Positions 14,652 through 28,825 of a stretch of 64,000 bases of DNA are shown here, in pieces. The position numbers and the translations under genes were made by a program. The notes beneath the pieces are model-generated. The model worked only from the letters and a program-made list of their open reading frames with translations, did not search any database and was not told where the DNA came from. Source of the stretch: Pocillopora damicornis (lineage: Eukaryota); contig NW_020846227.1 of assembly GCF_003704095.1 (NCBI RefSeq), positions 186,001-250,000 of the forward strand, read 5' to 3'. Within the stretch, counting starts at the first letter, position 1. Each line of letters begins with the position of its first letter.

Positions 14652-17600
14652 GTGACTTCAGTCCAAGTGTTTGCAAGTTTATTGCAACAAGAGACTATGA
14701 AAACCACAACTCAGGGATACTAGCTTGGGTCACATCCTTCACTTCAGAGAATCCTCTGGGATTGGTGGAGTTAAATGAATTTGTTTTTGGAGCCAATCCA
14801 AGGTATATTTAATTTTTTCACACAAACACCTTCAAATGTGATATTTTGGGTATGAAATTTTTTTTTACATATTTCTATATTTGCTCACAAAGTTGGCTAT
14901 AAATGGGAAAATTCCTGTGTTGGATAAATTGTTCATCCAACTAATCTGAAACTTTTTCAGCCACCTAGTGGTTTAAAAATTACAATTGATTTTTAAAAGG
15001 GAGTTTAGTGTTTATGGATATTTAGCAACTGTTAGTAGCTTCATAACAAGAAGATTTAAGTAATGAAAAAAAGTAGAAAATGAAAAAAAAAGAAATTATT
15101 TTGACCATGACCTTTTTTAAAGCTTAGAAAACAGGGTTTCTAAAGAAAAGATGGTAAACCACTTTCATTTAGACAACAATGCTGGTCATTGTCTTGTGTG
15201 GAGTTAAGTTATGGGAAGAAGGTCTGCCTTGGTAGTGACTCATTAGCTATGTGCGGGTAGGCTGAGTGTTGGAATTGGTGGCTGTGTTGCTGAAGGAGAG
15301 GCCCAAAGGGGAAAAGTTCTCTGTTGAGAGGCGTCAAATCTAGGCTGAGGTCTGCTTTAAAGGGCATTGCAGACATTCAGCAATAGGTCGTCAAAATTCC
15401 GCTGTGTAATCCATGCTTTTTAGAGCTTTGGGGCACCCTTGTCACAGACCCCTCTCGACCAAGTACTGAAATTTGTTTTTGAAGCATGTCTAGATAGAGA
15501 ATGTCTTCTTAAAAAAGGCTACTCAAACTTTTCAATATCATCAGACTCTGTGATCAAAGAAGTCACTGTGGCAATTGTTCAGACAAGCTTCTTTATGGGT
15601 AGAAAAATTAAATGCAAATTCATTCTTTACAAAGGAATTCTTATTTGATGTTTCTCCTTTTCTAGGATTGACATTTTACACAGAGTTGTTGTCTGGTGGA
15701 GAGCAAAAAATAGAGCTGTAAGTTGCAAAATGTGTTGTTCTGCCGGTGTACATAGGAGTGGTAGATAGAGGAAATATTGCTTATTTAATTGAAGGGTTGG
15801 GTTGATCAAATGAGTCCTAGTTTCACAATAATTCACCACAGAAAAAGAAAGACTATTGTTCACATAAATTTCATCATAAAATCAGTTGGACACAACTTCA
15901 ACTTGCACAAAAAAACTGATTTTTCAGAAACAGGAAAGACTTCTCGTTACAAACAGTTTACTTTAAGTGTATTCTGGCTCTTATTTTTCAGGGAACTGCA
16001 AAAGTCAAAAATCGCGCAGAAAGAAGAGGTGGTGGAAGAAAGCCTTGGAGACAAAAAGGAACTGGAAGAGCACGACAAGGCAGCATAAGAGCGCCACAAT
16101 GGAGAAAAGGTGACATCATGATTGAGAACCATTTTTGCTTCTTTCCACTTTAGCAGTCAGCTTCTATTTGGGAAATGAGCTTAATATGCTCCTGGTGGAA
16201 GGAAGAGTGTATTTGAAAGAGTGGTCAGGTGAAATTAACCCTTTAACTCCCAAAAGTGATTAACATGTAACTTCTCCCTGTGATATCTGTAAACTATCCA
16301 ACAAACAGGTTATGAAAATTCTCAAACTTATTTTTAAATTTTTATAATTTATTATCTTGGTCTAATACCAATTTCACATAATCAATTTACAAGGAAATGT
16401 GTAACAGCTAGAGGAGAGAATTAACAAAAAGATCTTAAGAGTTAAAGGATTTAGCCCACACCTTTTCATTAGATTTTAGATCAGAGAGAACATCAGTTTT
16501 AAGGTCAAAGCTTACCATCTTTCAGGTGGTAGAGTACATGGTCCTGTGCCAAAGAGCTACAAGTATGGATTGCCGAAAAAAGTCAGAAGAATGGGTCTAC
16601 GTACTGCTCTCTCTGTCAGATATGCACAGGTACAGCTTGCTGGTTGTTAAAAACTGTGAAATTGAATCCTAATTCTACCTTTTGACCATTTTGCTTATTT
16701 CCATTTTTACAGGGACATTTGCACATTGTAGATTCATTTGAGGATATTGAAAACGATCGGGTAGGTTTCTAGTTCAAAGGCAAACGAAAAGAAACAATTT
16801 CACGTGTAGAAAGTCTGGTTATAAATTAACCCCTGTCACTCCCAAAACCTCTGGTAATTTTCCTTACTATCCACTTTACATTTCTCATGAATCGCAATAG
16901 TGTTGAGAGTTTGTTGTTGGATCATAGCCCCATAAATATACAAAATAGTAGTACCCCATCAAGCCAAAAAAATTTGGTTGTACAACTGTATGACTGTACA
17001 AGGTGCTACTTTTAACATGCGCGGTCAACTGTACCACAGGCACGCCAATGCCATGGCTTTGTCCAGTAGTCCAGTGGTCAGTGTACTGGGCTCCGAGTTG
17101 GACGACCTGGGTTCTAGTCTTGGTTGGGGTAAGGCGTTGTGCCCTTGAGATGTGCGGGGAAGAAAAAATGCGAGCTTCACTTTTAGGCTTGGCTAAATCT
17201 ATATATTATTTTCTTTATTCTCATCCCTTTTCTACTTTGTTATAAACTATTGTAGGGGGAAATTCTGTCTTTAGTTAATGAATTGGAGTAAAGTGGTGAG
17301 GGTGTTGATTGTGGTAATCTTTTAACTTGTAGAGATTTGAACTTTTGTTTGTCCATCATTGAACAATCTCTGTGGCACAAGGTATTCAATAATTATTTGC
17401 GGATTTAAATTACAGGATTTGATTCCAATCTTGGACAAAAGACGCTGGACGAATGTAGTCCTGGTTGATTCGTAAGTGTCTGGTTGATCATGTTTTTTTT
17501 TCAGGAAATTAAGTAAAATTGAAGTGAAACTGTTCTTTTTGTAAAGCCCCTTTTAAGGGCTGAACTTGTCTGGATATTAAAAAATAAAATAAAATAAAAA

Positions 17601-18086
17601 ACTATCCTAGCTAGAATCTTTGCTTTTGATACCTCCTTTAAAGAATCTCTCTTTTTTGGGAAAAAAATTTTCTATTCACAGGGGTTTTGTTTTTTCTGAT
17701 TTTGTTTTTATTTAATGAGAAGAACAAAGTGCTCGCCTTTGTGAACTACATCTGAATTTCAATATAAACACCTTTTTTTCCCCTACAGCACACCTAATGA
17801 AATAATCACAGAGGCTGCAGAAGGGATGAAGACTGTAGATGTGCGTCATCCCAAAAGTATGTTTATGCACTCCTTCGAATCTCACTGTTGTTCTTTTTAC
17901 ATCTCATAACAAAATGTGCTGCTTGAATTGTGCTGCTATTGACAATAAACCTGTTCTTTCTTTTTAGACCTAGATGTCTACACAATATTACATCGCAAAA
18001 ACATTGTGATGTCCTTGAAGGCTGTTGAGTTTCTTGAGGATATCCTTTGTGAAGATGATAGGATACTCATTAACAAGTTTGACTAA
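14652..18086 (+). CDS. MRPL4: Mitochondrial ribosomal protein uL4m, multi-exon (N-terminus missing)
   Basis: Exons 14652-14802, 15666-15717, 15992-16109, 16526-16629, 16713-16760, 17416-17471, 17789-17856 and 17968-18086 give [103 protein letters not shown]. Confidence 0.95.
16234..16453 (+). mobile_element. piggyBac-type MITE, family C
   Basis: ttaaccctttaactcccaaaagtgattaacatgtaacttctcc..gatcttaagagttaaagg. Related copies at about 18476-18570, 22382-22570 and 35366-35575. Confidence 0.75.
17061..17210 (+). mobile_element. Short tRNA-derived SINE-like element
   Basis: A-box tagtccagtgg and B-box ggttctagtc with tRNA-like spacing, a short unrelated body and an AT-rich tail; no intact cloverleaf. 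Confidence 0.5.
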
Positions 18087-19054
18087 GCTTTTCTTGTAGC
18101 TTTGCTCCTTCTTTGTAAATATTCTATTTCAATAGTAAATAAAAAGTTCAATTCAACTCATTGTGATTTTTCTTGCCTTGTTGAGTCTTACTTTCTTGTA
18201 GTCCAGAGATTGTGAGAAAGTTGGAAATTTAAAAGCAGAAATCTTCTTGCATCCTTTTCATGCAATTTATCTTTACCTTTTAATCCCTGAGTGATTAACA
18301 TCTAATTTCTCCTCACAATATCACCCCTGAATCAAACATTAAGGTCACAAGAATCAAGGAGATGATCACTAACTTACAAAGCTTGGTTTTTAAACAAATT
18401 CTCCTTATCAGCGCTTCAAGAAATGTATAGAGAACAGTATGGAGAATATGCACACTGATGTTAGGATGTAAAGGGTTAACACTTTCACTCCCAAGATCTG
18501 ATTGTTAATTCTCCCCCTCTAGCTGCTGCACATTTCCCAGTAAACTAGAATTTGGTGTTGGATTAAGACAAAAACTTCCTTTGTCATGCTACTAACAGTT
18601 ACTTTTTGATTAATAAAAAAATAAATTATGAAAAAAAACCCCATGTTTTTAACCCTTTTACTCGCATGAGTGACCAAGACAATATCTCCTTACAATATAT
18701 ATACAATATCACGCAGGCGAGTAATGAGAATAGAAAGAAATAACTATTAGGGGATCATTAGTTGATCCAGTAACATATTCTCAGAACTAAAATCATTGGA
18801 GAACTATTAATGAGGTCTTTGAAGTCAAAGGGTTTATGTATGAAGACAACAGCAACTTGGTTTTAAATAATTATTAAGTTATTTATTTAAAAATCTTGAT
18901 GTGCATGTGGAAAAAATGTATGTGTAAATCTGCTAGTGAATAACCTTTTGTACATTAATGAGAGCCAAAAATTATTTATTAGTCCAATCATTCAGTAATT
19001 GGCTGTGTTATTTCTTGAAAAATTTAAAGAATGTATAGAATGCAGCAGATCACA

Positions 19055-22000
19055 TCACACTCTGGCAAGACTAGATCTGACTTCCCATCGTAAAGCTTGT
19101 CTCTTCTTCTCTGTTGGTACAACATAGTTATTGGGAATGAAATTGCGTTGTGGTTTCTGAAAATGAAAAGGCAATATTATAGTTAAGGAATGGTTTAAAC
19201 TTTTTGCAAAAGGTACAGTTTTGCCAACTTATTATTTTCATTCAAAGGTTTTGCAAATTTATTTTCTGTTTAAGACTAAGAGTCTCCTTGTTATCTGATA
19301 CACTGTAAGGTGTCCCGAACCTTAAACAATGTTGCCTACCATATTTTCATTCAAATAAGTTGACCCATTCAGCTTTGTCTTATAAACCCTTGAATCCCAA
19401 ATTCTGATTTTGGCACCTAAAAGGGGTCACAATGGCCTCATCACTCAGTGACAACTTTCTTGCTATGCACATTTTCAGAATTTCATTGACTATGTATTTA
19501 TCTTAGCTCACCTCAAACACATCACATTGCAACATCTTTCCCTATGGAAAGAATTTTACAAAACAATTAGCAAACCAGGGAAGATGTAGGTGTCATTATT
19601 AGCACTCTGGCAATTAGATTTATGTACAATTCATCAAACTTAGAAAACCATGAATATCTCAAATATTTCTATCAAGGATCTGTATAACCTACAGGGCTGG
19701 TATACTTTTGGTGAATAGATGCTTGGTAATTTCTTATAATAACTAAAATTATGGCCACTATCTTTGATTTTAATGGAAGCAGAAGGTTGAGGAGAGAAAG
19801 AAATTTGTACCAAGGGGGCAGTTGACAGTCAAAAGTAAGGAGAGGGGTGGGGGTACAGGAGCAAGGATTATCTTCTTGCCCTTCCCCTGCCCCCTAACCC
19901 CACTGTCCACTCTAACTCTAAATCAAACATGTCTGGTCAGATAAATGGCCATGGGCTTATAACATTAGCTCACCCTAATGAGATACCTGCACTGCAAGCT
20001 AGGATCTGCACTAAATTAACAACAAATTACATCAGAGATCAGGAAAGGCAAGTACACCACAAATGACAACTGCCATCTCAATAGTAGTTACTTACAGAAG
20101 CTACTGTTCAGTTCTCTTACTGATATTACAGTTGTTACCTGCCCTGTGTTCTGAGTGAGACAGTTCCTTTTTTATTCTGCTTTAGAGCTCTTCCTTAACC
20201 CTCTCACTCCCATGACCTCATAAGATATTCTCCTTACTGTCTGCCATACAATTCTTATGAAGTTAGTTCAGAGAATTTGGTATTGGATCGACTTTTAATA
20301 TCAACTGATATTTTTCTTAATTCTCATCACATTTGTGATTGATATTGTATTGATATGGTATGGAGAAATTCTGTCTTGGTGACTCATGGGATTTAAATGG
20401 CTAAGGAAAAGCAATGCATACAGTATATCCCTGGCTTACTTCTGATAGTAGAAGGTTCTTAATTGACAGTCCTACCATTTCTTTAAAAATCAATCTATAA
20501 ATAAAATTATTTACCCTGACATTCCATCGCAGATTCTTGTGGCTCTTCTCTCCTGGAGCTTTGTTTGCCTGCCATTCATACTTAAATTGGTGATATCTGC
20601 AACAAGAACAGAAAAAACAAATACATTTTATAATTACATTAACCCCTCAACCCCTAAGAGTGACTAGTATCTAATTTCTCCTTACAATATCACCCCTGAA
20701 TCATAAATAAAAGTCACAAGAAAAAAGGAAATGATCACCAATGATAAAAGCTTTAGATTGTTTAACAAATTCCCCTTGTCGACACCTTAGGAATTGTATT
20801 GAGAACAGTATAGAGACTATGTCTACTGATGTTAGGGTGTAAAGGGTTAAGTTACCATAAAAAAGCATACATTTCAATATGTTCACTACACATACTGACC
20901 AGCAATTAACAAAACAAACAAACAGACAGTTATTAAAACAAAAGCAACAACAACAAAAGGCCTAATCACACAAGTCAACATGTGAATGAATTTAAAACCT
21001 GGGAAAATGGATAAAGTTCAAACCTTGAGACAGGATCTGACTTCTTTAATTGTCGTGTGTGAGGGTGACGAGAGGATGGCCTGATAACTGCAAGAGACCA
21101 GATACTTAGTGGGTTGTGAGCCATATCAACAACAGCTTACTGGAAACTGTGAGTTTCAGTATAACGGTAATAAATATCTGCTTACTGTTGATTATTTGCT
21201 TCAAAGAATAAGATAAATTGAGGATCTTTAAGGAAATCAGAAGAGAGTGTTCCAATTCCAATTCCAATTGCAAATAAAAAAATTGAGTTATTTTTGTTAG
21301 CTTGGACGACAACAAATTTTGGAAAGCTCCAAAGAAGCTCTGCACAAATAATTAGTTTTGTGGTCAGTGAAAAATTAAACAAAGTGCACATAGTATGCTT
21401 TTCAATAAAGCCCCTTTCATTAATTTAGACGCATAACAACACTCATGTTAACCCCAACTCTCACACCCACCTCTCCCCTAAAATACCAGCGTGTAGTCTA
21501 AATTTGTCCCAGAGAAAGAGAGAGAGAATATCAGTGATTCTTACAAGATGGCAATCCTCTTTCAGCATAATTTTCCCATGGTCTGAAGTTATTTGGTCCT
21601 ACTTCACTATCAGTACTGATAACATCTGCATCATCTACATCACCACTGTTCAAGGGAAGATCTCGTAATCTCTGTTCTAAATCGGATATATCTGTGACTG
21701 GAAAAAAGATAAAAAACTTTTTCAAAAAAACTTGAAATTTGAAAAAAATATCATGCTAAAATGTAGAAGATTTTTCATGATCTGTCAAACCTACCAGAAT
21801 CATTTGTGGTAAAAGATTCATCAAATACTCTAGGTTCACCATCTTTTCGTCTCAAAACTTTTCTCTTAACATTTCTACTGCTGGTTCTGGATTGTTCTTG
21901 AGGTGAGCTCTCAACAGTGGTGGTGGATTCTCCTCTGGTTGGTGGCTTTACTGGATGGTAATGAACGTTTTCCTTGCCATACGGTTGATGATTTATTTTT

Positions 22001-23763
22001 GTCTAACAAAGATAAGTAATCAGTAATTTTTTTAGTCATATTTAATAACTCTTTACACCCTAAAATCAGTATGCATATTCTTTACATTTTTCTCAAAACA
22101 GTTCCTCAGGTTCTGATATGGAGAATTTGTTCAAAAATTAACCCTTCAACTCCCGTGAGTGACCAAGACAGAATTTCTCCTTACTATATCTATGCAAAAT
22201 CAAGCAGACAAGTAATGAGAATCAAGAAAAATATCAATTATGGGATTACTAATTGATCTGATACCAAATTCTCTAAACTAACATCATAGGAATCATTTGG
22301 CAGACAGAAAGGAGAATTACTAATGAGATCTTGGGAGCTTAAGGGTTAAGAGATTCTTGGAGGGTAGTCATTTCCTTTAATTTAGCCCTTTAACTCCCAG
22401 AAGTGATTAACATGTAACTTCTCCCTATAGTTTTTAGACATTTTCCAGCAAAACAGGTGATGAGAATATTCAAACCTATCAGGTAGAAGTCATCATCCTG
22501 ATTGAACAACAAACTCTTGTAACTAATTTAAAGGGAAATGTGTAGCAGCCATAGGAGAGAATTTAAAACTACATAGTGTAACAAGAAATTAGTCACTCAT
22601 CACTCTGAGGGTTCAAGGGGTTAAACTACCTTGGTCAGAGGCAAAATAGAGTTGAAATTTTCCTTTTCAATAACACACACAAAAAAAAAATTCTACTTGT
22701 ATGTACTCCAAAGATCAGAACTAGAGCCCAAGAACTATCAATTTTTTTAAAATCCAGGGAGTAGCATGAATCATTGATAATTTGGTTCTTGATGATAATA
22801 ATGACAATGATGATGATGATGCTAATAAAGGAAGATTTTGCCAAACATCTCTCTCTATAATATCTGATTGAGAGAAACATAAAACGAGATTAAGTAATCT
22901 GCCAAATAGTTGGCCGTATTCAAGTCATTATGATGAAACTACCTTAGCCAAACTTGGAGCTGACTTTGGTCGGGGGAACGCTGAGTCTTCCAAAGGGTAT
23001 CTGTGCCTATCAAGAAGTTGGCGTGGTTCTGAACTGCTGTCTGAAGCTAAGAAGGAGACCAAACAAAGATCAAGAGGATGAAAAGTTGAGTGGATTTTAC
23101 GGCAACCTCTTTTGGAGTGGCGAATTGTGATGCTAAATTTTTGAAATAACAGCGCAAAATGATGACTGTAAAGGATTACTGATATCAATTGTTTCTTGTG
23201 GTTTGTCTAATCAATAAGAACCACATCTAAAATTGATTAGTGCTTACCATCAAATGGAGATGAAGAGGTTTCTGTTCCTTTACTCCTGTCTAAATAACTG
23301 TCAGTGTAATAACTTTCATTAACTGATGATGGAGAATCTCCACTTCGAAGAAGACCACTTTCTTCGGAAGTTGACCTTTCTGATTCGATAAGCTCTTTCA
23401 AGTCTACAAAGGAAGACGAAATTTAAATGCAACATCAAGTGCGATCACATCGATCGATAGACAACGTCGATCACTTTAGCGGCCTCAAAGCTTTGCAAGA
23501 TGCAATTTAACTAGAAATACGACATATTACTCAAAATAAACAATCTCGTTGATCTACGAAGAGAAATTTATCAAAGTCAGAATTGATTTGAGCTGAGATC
23601 AAATAATCAACATTCGAAAAGTTTCTCTAATAGAAACAATCTTCTACCACTAACACAAACCTCTTTGAAATTGTTTCAGCTTATCTCGAGGTATATGAGA
23701 GTATCCGAGTTCTTCTAGTTTCCTTCTGATCTCCTCTTCTGTAAAATCGAAGCTTTGTGCCAT
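19055..23763 (-). CDS. HYLS1: Centriolar/ciliogenesis protein HYLS1, multi-exon
   Basis: ATG at 23763: [35 protein letters not shown]-terminal box split over exons about 21023-21087 (KKSDPVSR), 20515-20597 ([27 protein letters not shown]) and 19055-19157 ([26 protein letters not shown]). Confidence 0.9.
20639..20850 (+). mobile_element. piggyBac-type MITE, family B (well preserved)
   Basis: TTAA-cccctcaacccctaagagtgactag..gttagggtgtaaaggg-TTAA. Confidence 0.85.
22045..22624. mobile_element. Nested MITE cluster: family B host containing an A copy (22138-22349) and a truncated C copy (about 22382-22570)
   Basis: B sequence resumes after the TTAA-flanked A copy, and the B terminus (..tcactctgagggttcaagggg-ttaa) follows the C segment. 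Confidence 0.7.
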
Positions 23764-24040
23764 TATGCTCTAAGGATAAATACAACTTAGTTTACCAGAA
23801 GCTCAGTACGACTTGAAAATTACAACGGTACATTAGTGTCCAGGCTTTCGCGTTAGTTGAGCATGTGGTTACATATGGCCAACTTGACATACGTAAACAT
23901 TAATTTGAGGAGGAAATTGTGCTATTTTTGCGGCTTTTTTTTTTGCTTGCATCGCTCACGTGAGGGAATCAGATATCAAACTGAGAAAATCACTTCTAAC
24001 TTCAGTCAATTTTTCCTTATTCTGTTCCGGGAAGGTGAGA
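23764..24040. promoter_or_regulatory. Bidirectional promoter of HYLS1 and RNASET2
   Basis: Divergent ATGs at 23763 and 24133 with no gap between them; CpG-containing; palindromic CTCACGTGAG at 23955-23964; probable RNASET2 5'UTR intron at about 24035-24130. Confidence 0.65.
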
Positions 24041-24132
24041 AATATTTAATTCATCCACTGTCTTTGTCTTTAACTCGAATGCCATATCTTCGTAACGTTA
24101 CGATAGATCAATCTACCCTGTCTTTTGCAGAA

Positions 24133-27100
24133 ATGCGTTTCGTCTTGCCTTTGATTCTAGTTTTGTTGGGTCTGTTGAGGGTGGATTCCTTTGGACTTTT
24201 CAGGTAGGCTTTCTTCATTTACACAGGTTTTTTTTCGTCACACCCGCGCCCGGAAATAAAAACAGTTGATAAATTGAATATTTTAAAACGTGCTTTATTA
24301 TAAGCCCTAGGCAAGCGACCTGCATTGTTTAATGATAAATATTACTGGCTTTGNNNNNNNNNNNNNNNNNNNNNNNNNNNNNNNNNNNNNNNNNNNNNNN
24401 NNNNNNNNNNNNNNNNNNNNNNNNNNNNNNNNNNNNNNNNNNNNNNNNNNNNNGATATTGTAAGGAGAAATTCTCTCTTGGTCACTCATGGGAGTTAAAG
24501 GGTTAAGTCATCTTAGACTTTCCTCCATTTCACCAATCAAAATAGCACAACATCAAAAAATTTAAAACTTGCTCATCACATCACATGCCTGCTATTTACC
24601 TGAGTTGATTAAGTTATCAGTTTATAACTTTGCCCAATGATGTTTAGCTCAAGGTCAAACCATGATATTATCATAAATTTTAAAAGATTTCTTATTTTAG
24701 TATGTTAATATGTTTTACAATTTTTAACCTGGAAACTAATTGATATTGCATTTTATTACAGCTTGTAATTAGGTTTTAATAGATTGTATACATCATTTAC
24801 ACTTTTTATTTATGGGAATTGTCACATATAGAGATAACCTCATGATTTCCATTTCAAGAGGTATTTCTGTTGTTATTATTATTTGTATCTCTTGAATGAA
24901 GTATTGTATTGAATTGTATTTTATACTATTTTTGATTTTGATTTCTTTGTCCCACACTTGTGACAAGATGAAAAACATCTTTCTTTATTCTTCTATTTTT
25001 GATTTGTTGTTTGTGTTTGTGTTTGTGTTTTTTTGGTTTTTAAGGATGCTGTAAAGAACAAGACCTGCGTACCTTCAGGAATTTCTAAATGGACAATCCA
25101 TGGCTTGTGGTAAAAATTGTTTTTTAAAATCATTATTATCCCATCATCATCATTGACAAAAGAAATGATTATCATAATATAATTAATATATAGTATGGTA
25201 AATGAGCACAGAACAACAACATCTCAAAAGCTTTTTACTCATCATCTTTTCGATTATTACTATCATCAGTATCTTTACATGCGTACAGATCTGGTAATGT
25301 GTTTTCTTTTTTCTTGACACTCGACAATCAATTGAATGGGGGCAGGGGATGGGAAGAATGCAGGAGATGGGTAAGGATAGGTCTGAAAGTGCACTATCTG
25401 GGAAGAGGATCAGGGGAGAAAGAAAACAATGTTGTGAAAGAAGGTGCTGGGTGTCAAAAGTGCAGGGGAGAGGGAGCACTGCATAGGAATAAGGTTGTAG
25501 CCAGGTTTTTTTACCAGGGGTTGCACAGTTTTTCATGAGGTGAAGCTTCTTATGATTGGTGCATGTATTTTCCATTGTATAGGGTTTGTGCTAAGTAGAA
25601 TTAAAGGGCATTCATTCATATTATGAAAAGGGGGTCACAGGCATGTTAGGACTATTCCCATGCTCTGCATTCTGGGAAAAGGGAAGATTCTCATCCCCAG
25701 GTCTCTCTCCCTTCCCTGTGTAGAATTCCCCCACCCATCCCACCATCTAGACACCTGTCGTCAAGAATCATGAAACCATCAAAGAGAAAATTGAAGATTA
25801 TTTGCAGCAAATTCCTGCTAAACTCATACCTAACAGATAATTTTTCGTTCCTTGCAGGCCAACTATTGGTACAGAACATGCACCTGTGTATTGTAACAAG
25901 TCCTGGCCCTTTGATGAGGAAAGCATTGAGGTAATTTAAATTCAAGACTCAAAGGCCTCTTCATCAGGATTTTTTCAGAAATCATTGTACCTGAGGTTTG
26001 GTATTCATGGGCGTTGGGGCTCTCAGGCATGGTGATACGTTTTTCAAACCCCAACTTAACTCTTCAGCACCCTCACCCCTCATTTATACACCCCCACCTG
26101 TCCTCCCTTACTCATAAGCACATCTTTTGGCAGACTGTAAAATGTTTCCACCTATTTCCCCTCTAATATACATGAAAAAAATTATACATGTCTGATTGGC
26201 TGAAAACAAGTGCATCTTTCACGTAACACAAGTGAAAAGTTGTAACAGGAGTGAAAATTATGGCAGTGTGTACTGCTTAAATTTCATCTGTCTTGACTTT
26301 CTTTGTATGTTTTCATGTAAATTATTAATAAGTAACAACATGCATTGAAAAATTTACCCGTGCTTATTAACACCCAATTGCACTCAAAATCATTTTGTTA
26401 CTTATACATACAAGCCCTTTTCAAAGATATCTGCAACTGATGTTAACAGAGTTTGGCCGTTGTTTGATTATGAATTTTGATTTGAAATGATGGTTGTACA
26501 TGGCAACTTGAGAGTATGTTGCATCCCTTTTTTAGGATTTGAAACAAAAATTATTGCTTCAGTGGCCATCTTATGAAACTCCTGGTGATGATGCGGGATT
26601 CTGGTAAGGGTGTGGTGGGTATGTTGTGTTCATACGTGACAAAGTGTGACATCAAGTGAGCTCAGCTACAACAAGTGTTACTGTCTACAGCCCTCATAAA
26701 CAGCCCTGAGTGATAACTGAAGAAATTACTATTCACCTATTTGCCGCCGAAAAGACTAAATCGCTCGTCAATAGTTTAATTTTTTGCTTCTTTTGTGGCA
26801 TGTAATAAAACAGCTGTTCTCTTCGCTGTCTTGAAAGTGGTGGGTATTTGCCTCATCTTTGGCGAATAAATATTTATTTTTTACGTGTAGAAGGTCTGTT
26901 TTATCAGTATCTCCAGTTTTTTTGTTCTTTGCTTCTTACTCAGGAAACACGAATGGGAGAAGCATGGCACGTGTGCAACCAATCTTCCATTCTTGAACTC
27001 TGAGCACAAATACTTCCAAGTCTGCCTGTCGTTGAACATCATGTACGACATTTTCGGGTGAGGAGTGAGCTAAACTGAAACCAAAAATTCATTATTTTGG

Positions 27101-28825
27101 TAGACTTGATCCAGCAACTGGTCGAAACTGGTCCCCTTTTTGGTTGTGGGAAACTTCTTTGTAGCTTTATTGACATTTTTGTCTTCGCTTTTTTTTTTTT
27201 TGGTTTTTGAGTTTATGTTTCTTTTTTTCTGCAGTGCTCTAAAAAAGGGAGGAATTGAACCAACAGGTGACAAAACTTACCAGGTAGGGAATTTGAGGTG
27301 AAATTGCTCATGATTTTTTTTGACTTTGAGGGGTTTTCTCAAGCATCGTGTTTCACCTGATCTGTTCCAAAAAGCGGCCTTTTGTAGCTGATATAACCCA
27401 GATTGCATGAATTGGTGTCCCTTATCTGAGGAGAGTCTGAGCAACAGAGTGTCTACGCTTTGCTGTGTTTTGTGCAGACAGTGGTTTTCCCGTTTTCCCA
27501 GACTCGGCCCCAGCTCTTGTCACTTTTCACCCTCGCTTTCCTCCGTTTTCCCGCTCTCGGCATTTCTGGTAATAAATGCTTCTTTTTTCTCTTTAACTTG
27601 ACACTGTCTCAACATTCGTACCTTTTCCTGTTACCCTTTTCTAGCACAAGTCATCTCCGATACGTTTTCTTTCATTTGGCCGTTAATCTAAGCAAGTCAT
27701 GTGTCCCCACGCTGGGCAGCGGGAAGAAACAAATTTTGCCTGCACGTGGCGTAGGCAAGGAACACGTGTTTTCCCTCATTCATCAGTGAAAGAGTGTAAA
27801 CAGTTGAATGCAATAAGCAACTGAATAGTTCATATTTTTATTTATGTCTAAGGTATTTCTTTGTCGTTGAAATGCTTAAAAAAAATTCAGTGGAGACGAG
27901 ATATCTTGTGGACAATCATGAATGGCTAACTGAAATCATGATTTTCTTAATTAGTTACTTGTCCTTTTTGCTTCAAGGTGGGAGATATTGACGCTGTCCT
28001 GTTCGAGTTTTTTCAAGTTCATCCTACAGTCTACTGCCTGCCTGTCAAGGTAAGAAAACTACCCATTGTTTTTTCATCTATTGTAAATGTTTGATTCATT
28101 GCGAATTCGTTGAGGGGCAGTATCACAGCTGTACAGGAAGCGCCAAGCGCCGAGCGTAAGAGGGAGTGACGGAAAGGATTATTATTATATCGTTGGCAGC
28201 GCCCGTGGGCGATATGAAATATATCTCGTGTTCTGATTGGCTACCCGAGAGGGCACTATGGGCCTATCTCGTCCGCTAGAGATTGCCCGCTCTGATCCCG
28301 CGCGACAAAAAAATTGCTTGGAGCGGACTTACAAAGTTCGTAATTTTTGGGCAACGCTGGCAATGGAGTCGCAAAAAGCAAAACAAAGAAATCAGAAACG
28401 ATTCTCGTGGGTTTATTGTGCTACAAACACAGGTGGCTTTCTTTCCCGGCTCTCGAAATCAATTCTGAATTAATTTCGAAATAAAAACGGAAAAAAAGAA
28501 GGAGACTAATATTCAGCCATCTTGACTGAACAGACTTTGTCAATAACGCATTTTTACCATATAAGTGATCGCAAGAACGATCTTTGGACGAGACAGGATC
28601 TAAAACGTTTGGGACAGAGTGTATTTCAGCCTTTAACATGTGTCTTCCTTTCTTTTTTGTGTTTTACTCTTGTAGAATTCTGTGCAGATGTTAAGCTATG
28701 TGGAGTTGTGTTTGAACAAATCTCTGACGCCAATTAATTGTTTGAACACCACCGCGAACTGTGATCACGAAAAACCCGTGCAGTACCCACCAATCATTCA
28801 CGCTGGACTGGAAAGCGTGGTTTAG
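24133..28825 (+). CDS. RNASET2: Ribonuclease T2, multi-exon with signal peptide
   Basis: MRFVLPLILVLLGLLRVDS signal; CAS I WTIHGLWP (exons 25045-25109 and about 25858-25930); CAS II FWKHEWEKHGTCA (about 26536-26603 and 26944-27057); further exons about 27235-27283, 27978-28049 and last exon ..VELCLNKS..CDHEKPVQYPPII..* ending 28825. One exon probably lies in the gap. Confidence 0.95.
28180..28640. repeat. Probable dispersed non-coding repeat (DNA-transposon-like) in last RNASET2 intron
   Basis: ttctgattggctacccgagagggc..cagccatcttgactgaacagactttgtcaataa resembles a repeat recalled from coral genomes; not verifiable inside the window. Confidence 0.4.

Noticed and set aside
14559-14700. Apparent minus-strand exon ([10 protein letters not shown]..)
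   Set aside because: Overlaps the plus-strand MRPL4 exon, which has clear homology.
15200-15480. Possible RNase P, 7SK or telomerase RNA
   Set aside because: gaaggtctg resembles RNase P CR-I, but I found no CR-V, no 7SK GATC motifs and no CTAACCCT template.
15789-16088. ORF ending [21 protein letters not shown]
   Set aside because: Wrong frame of the MRPL4 exon.
17061-17130. tRNA gene
   Set aside because: A and B boxes are present but stems are broken and a SINE-like body follows.
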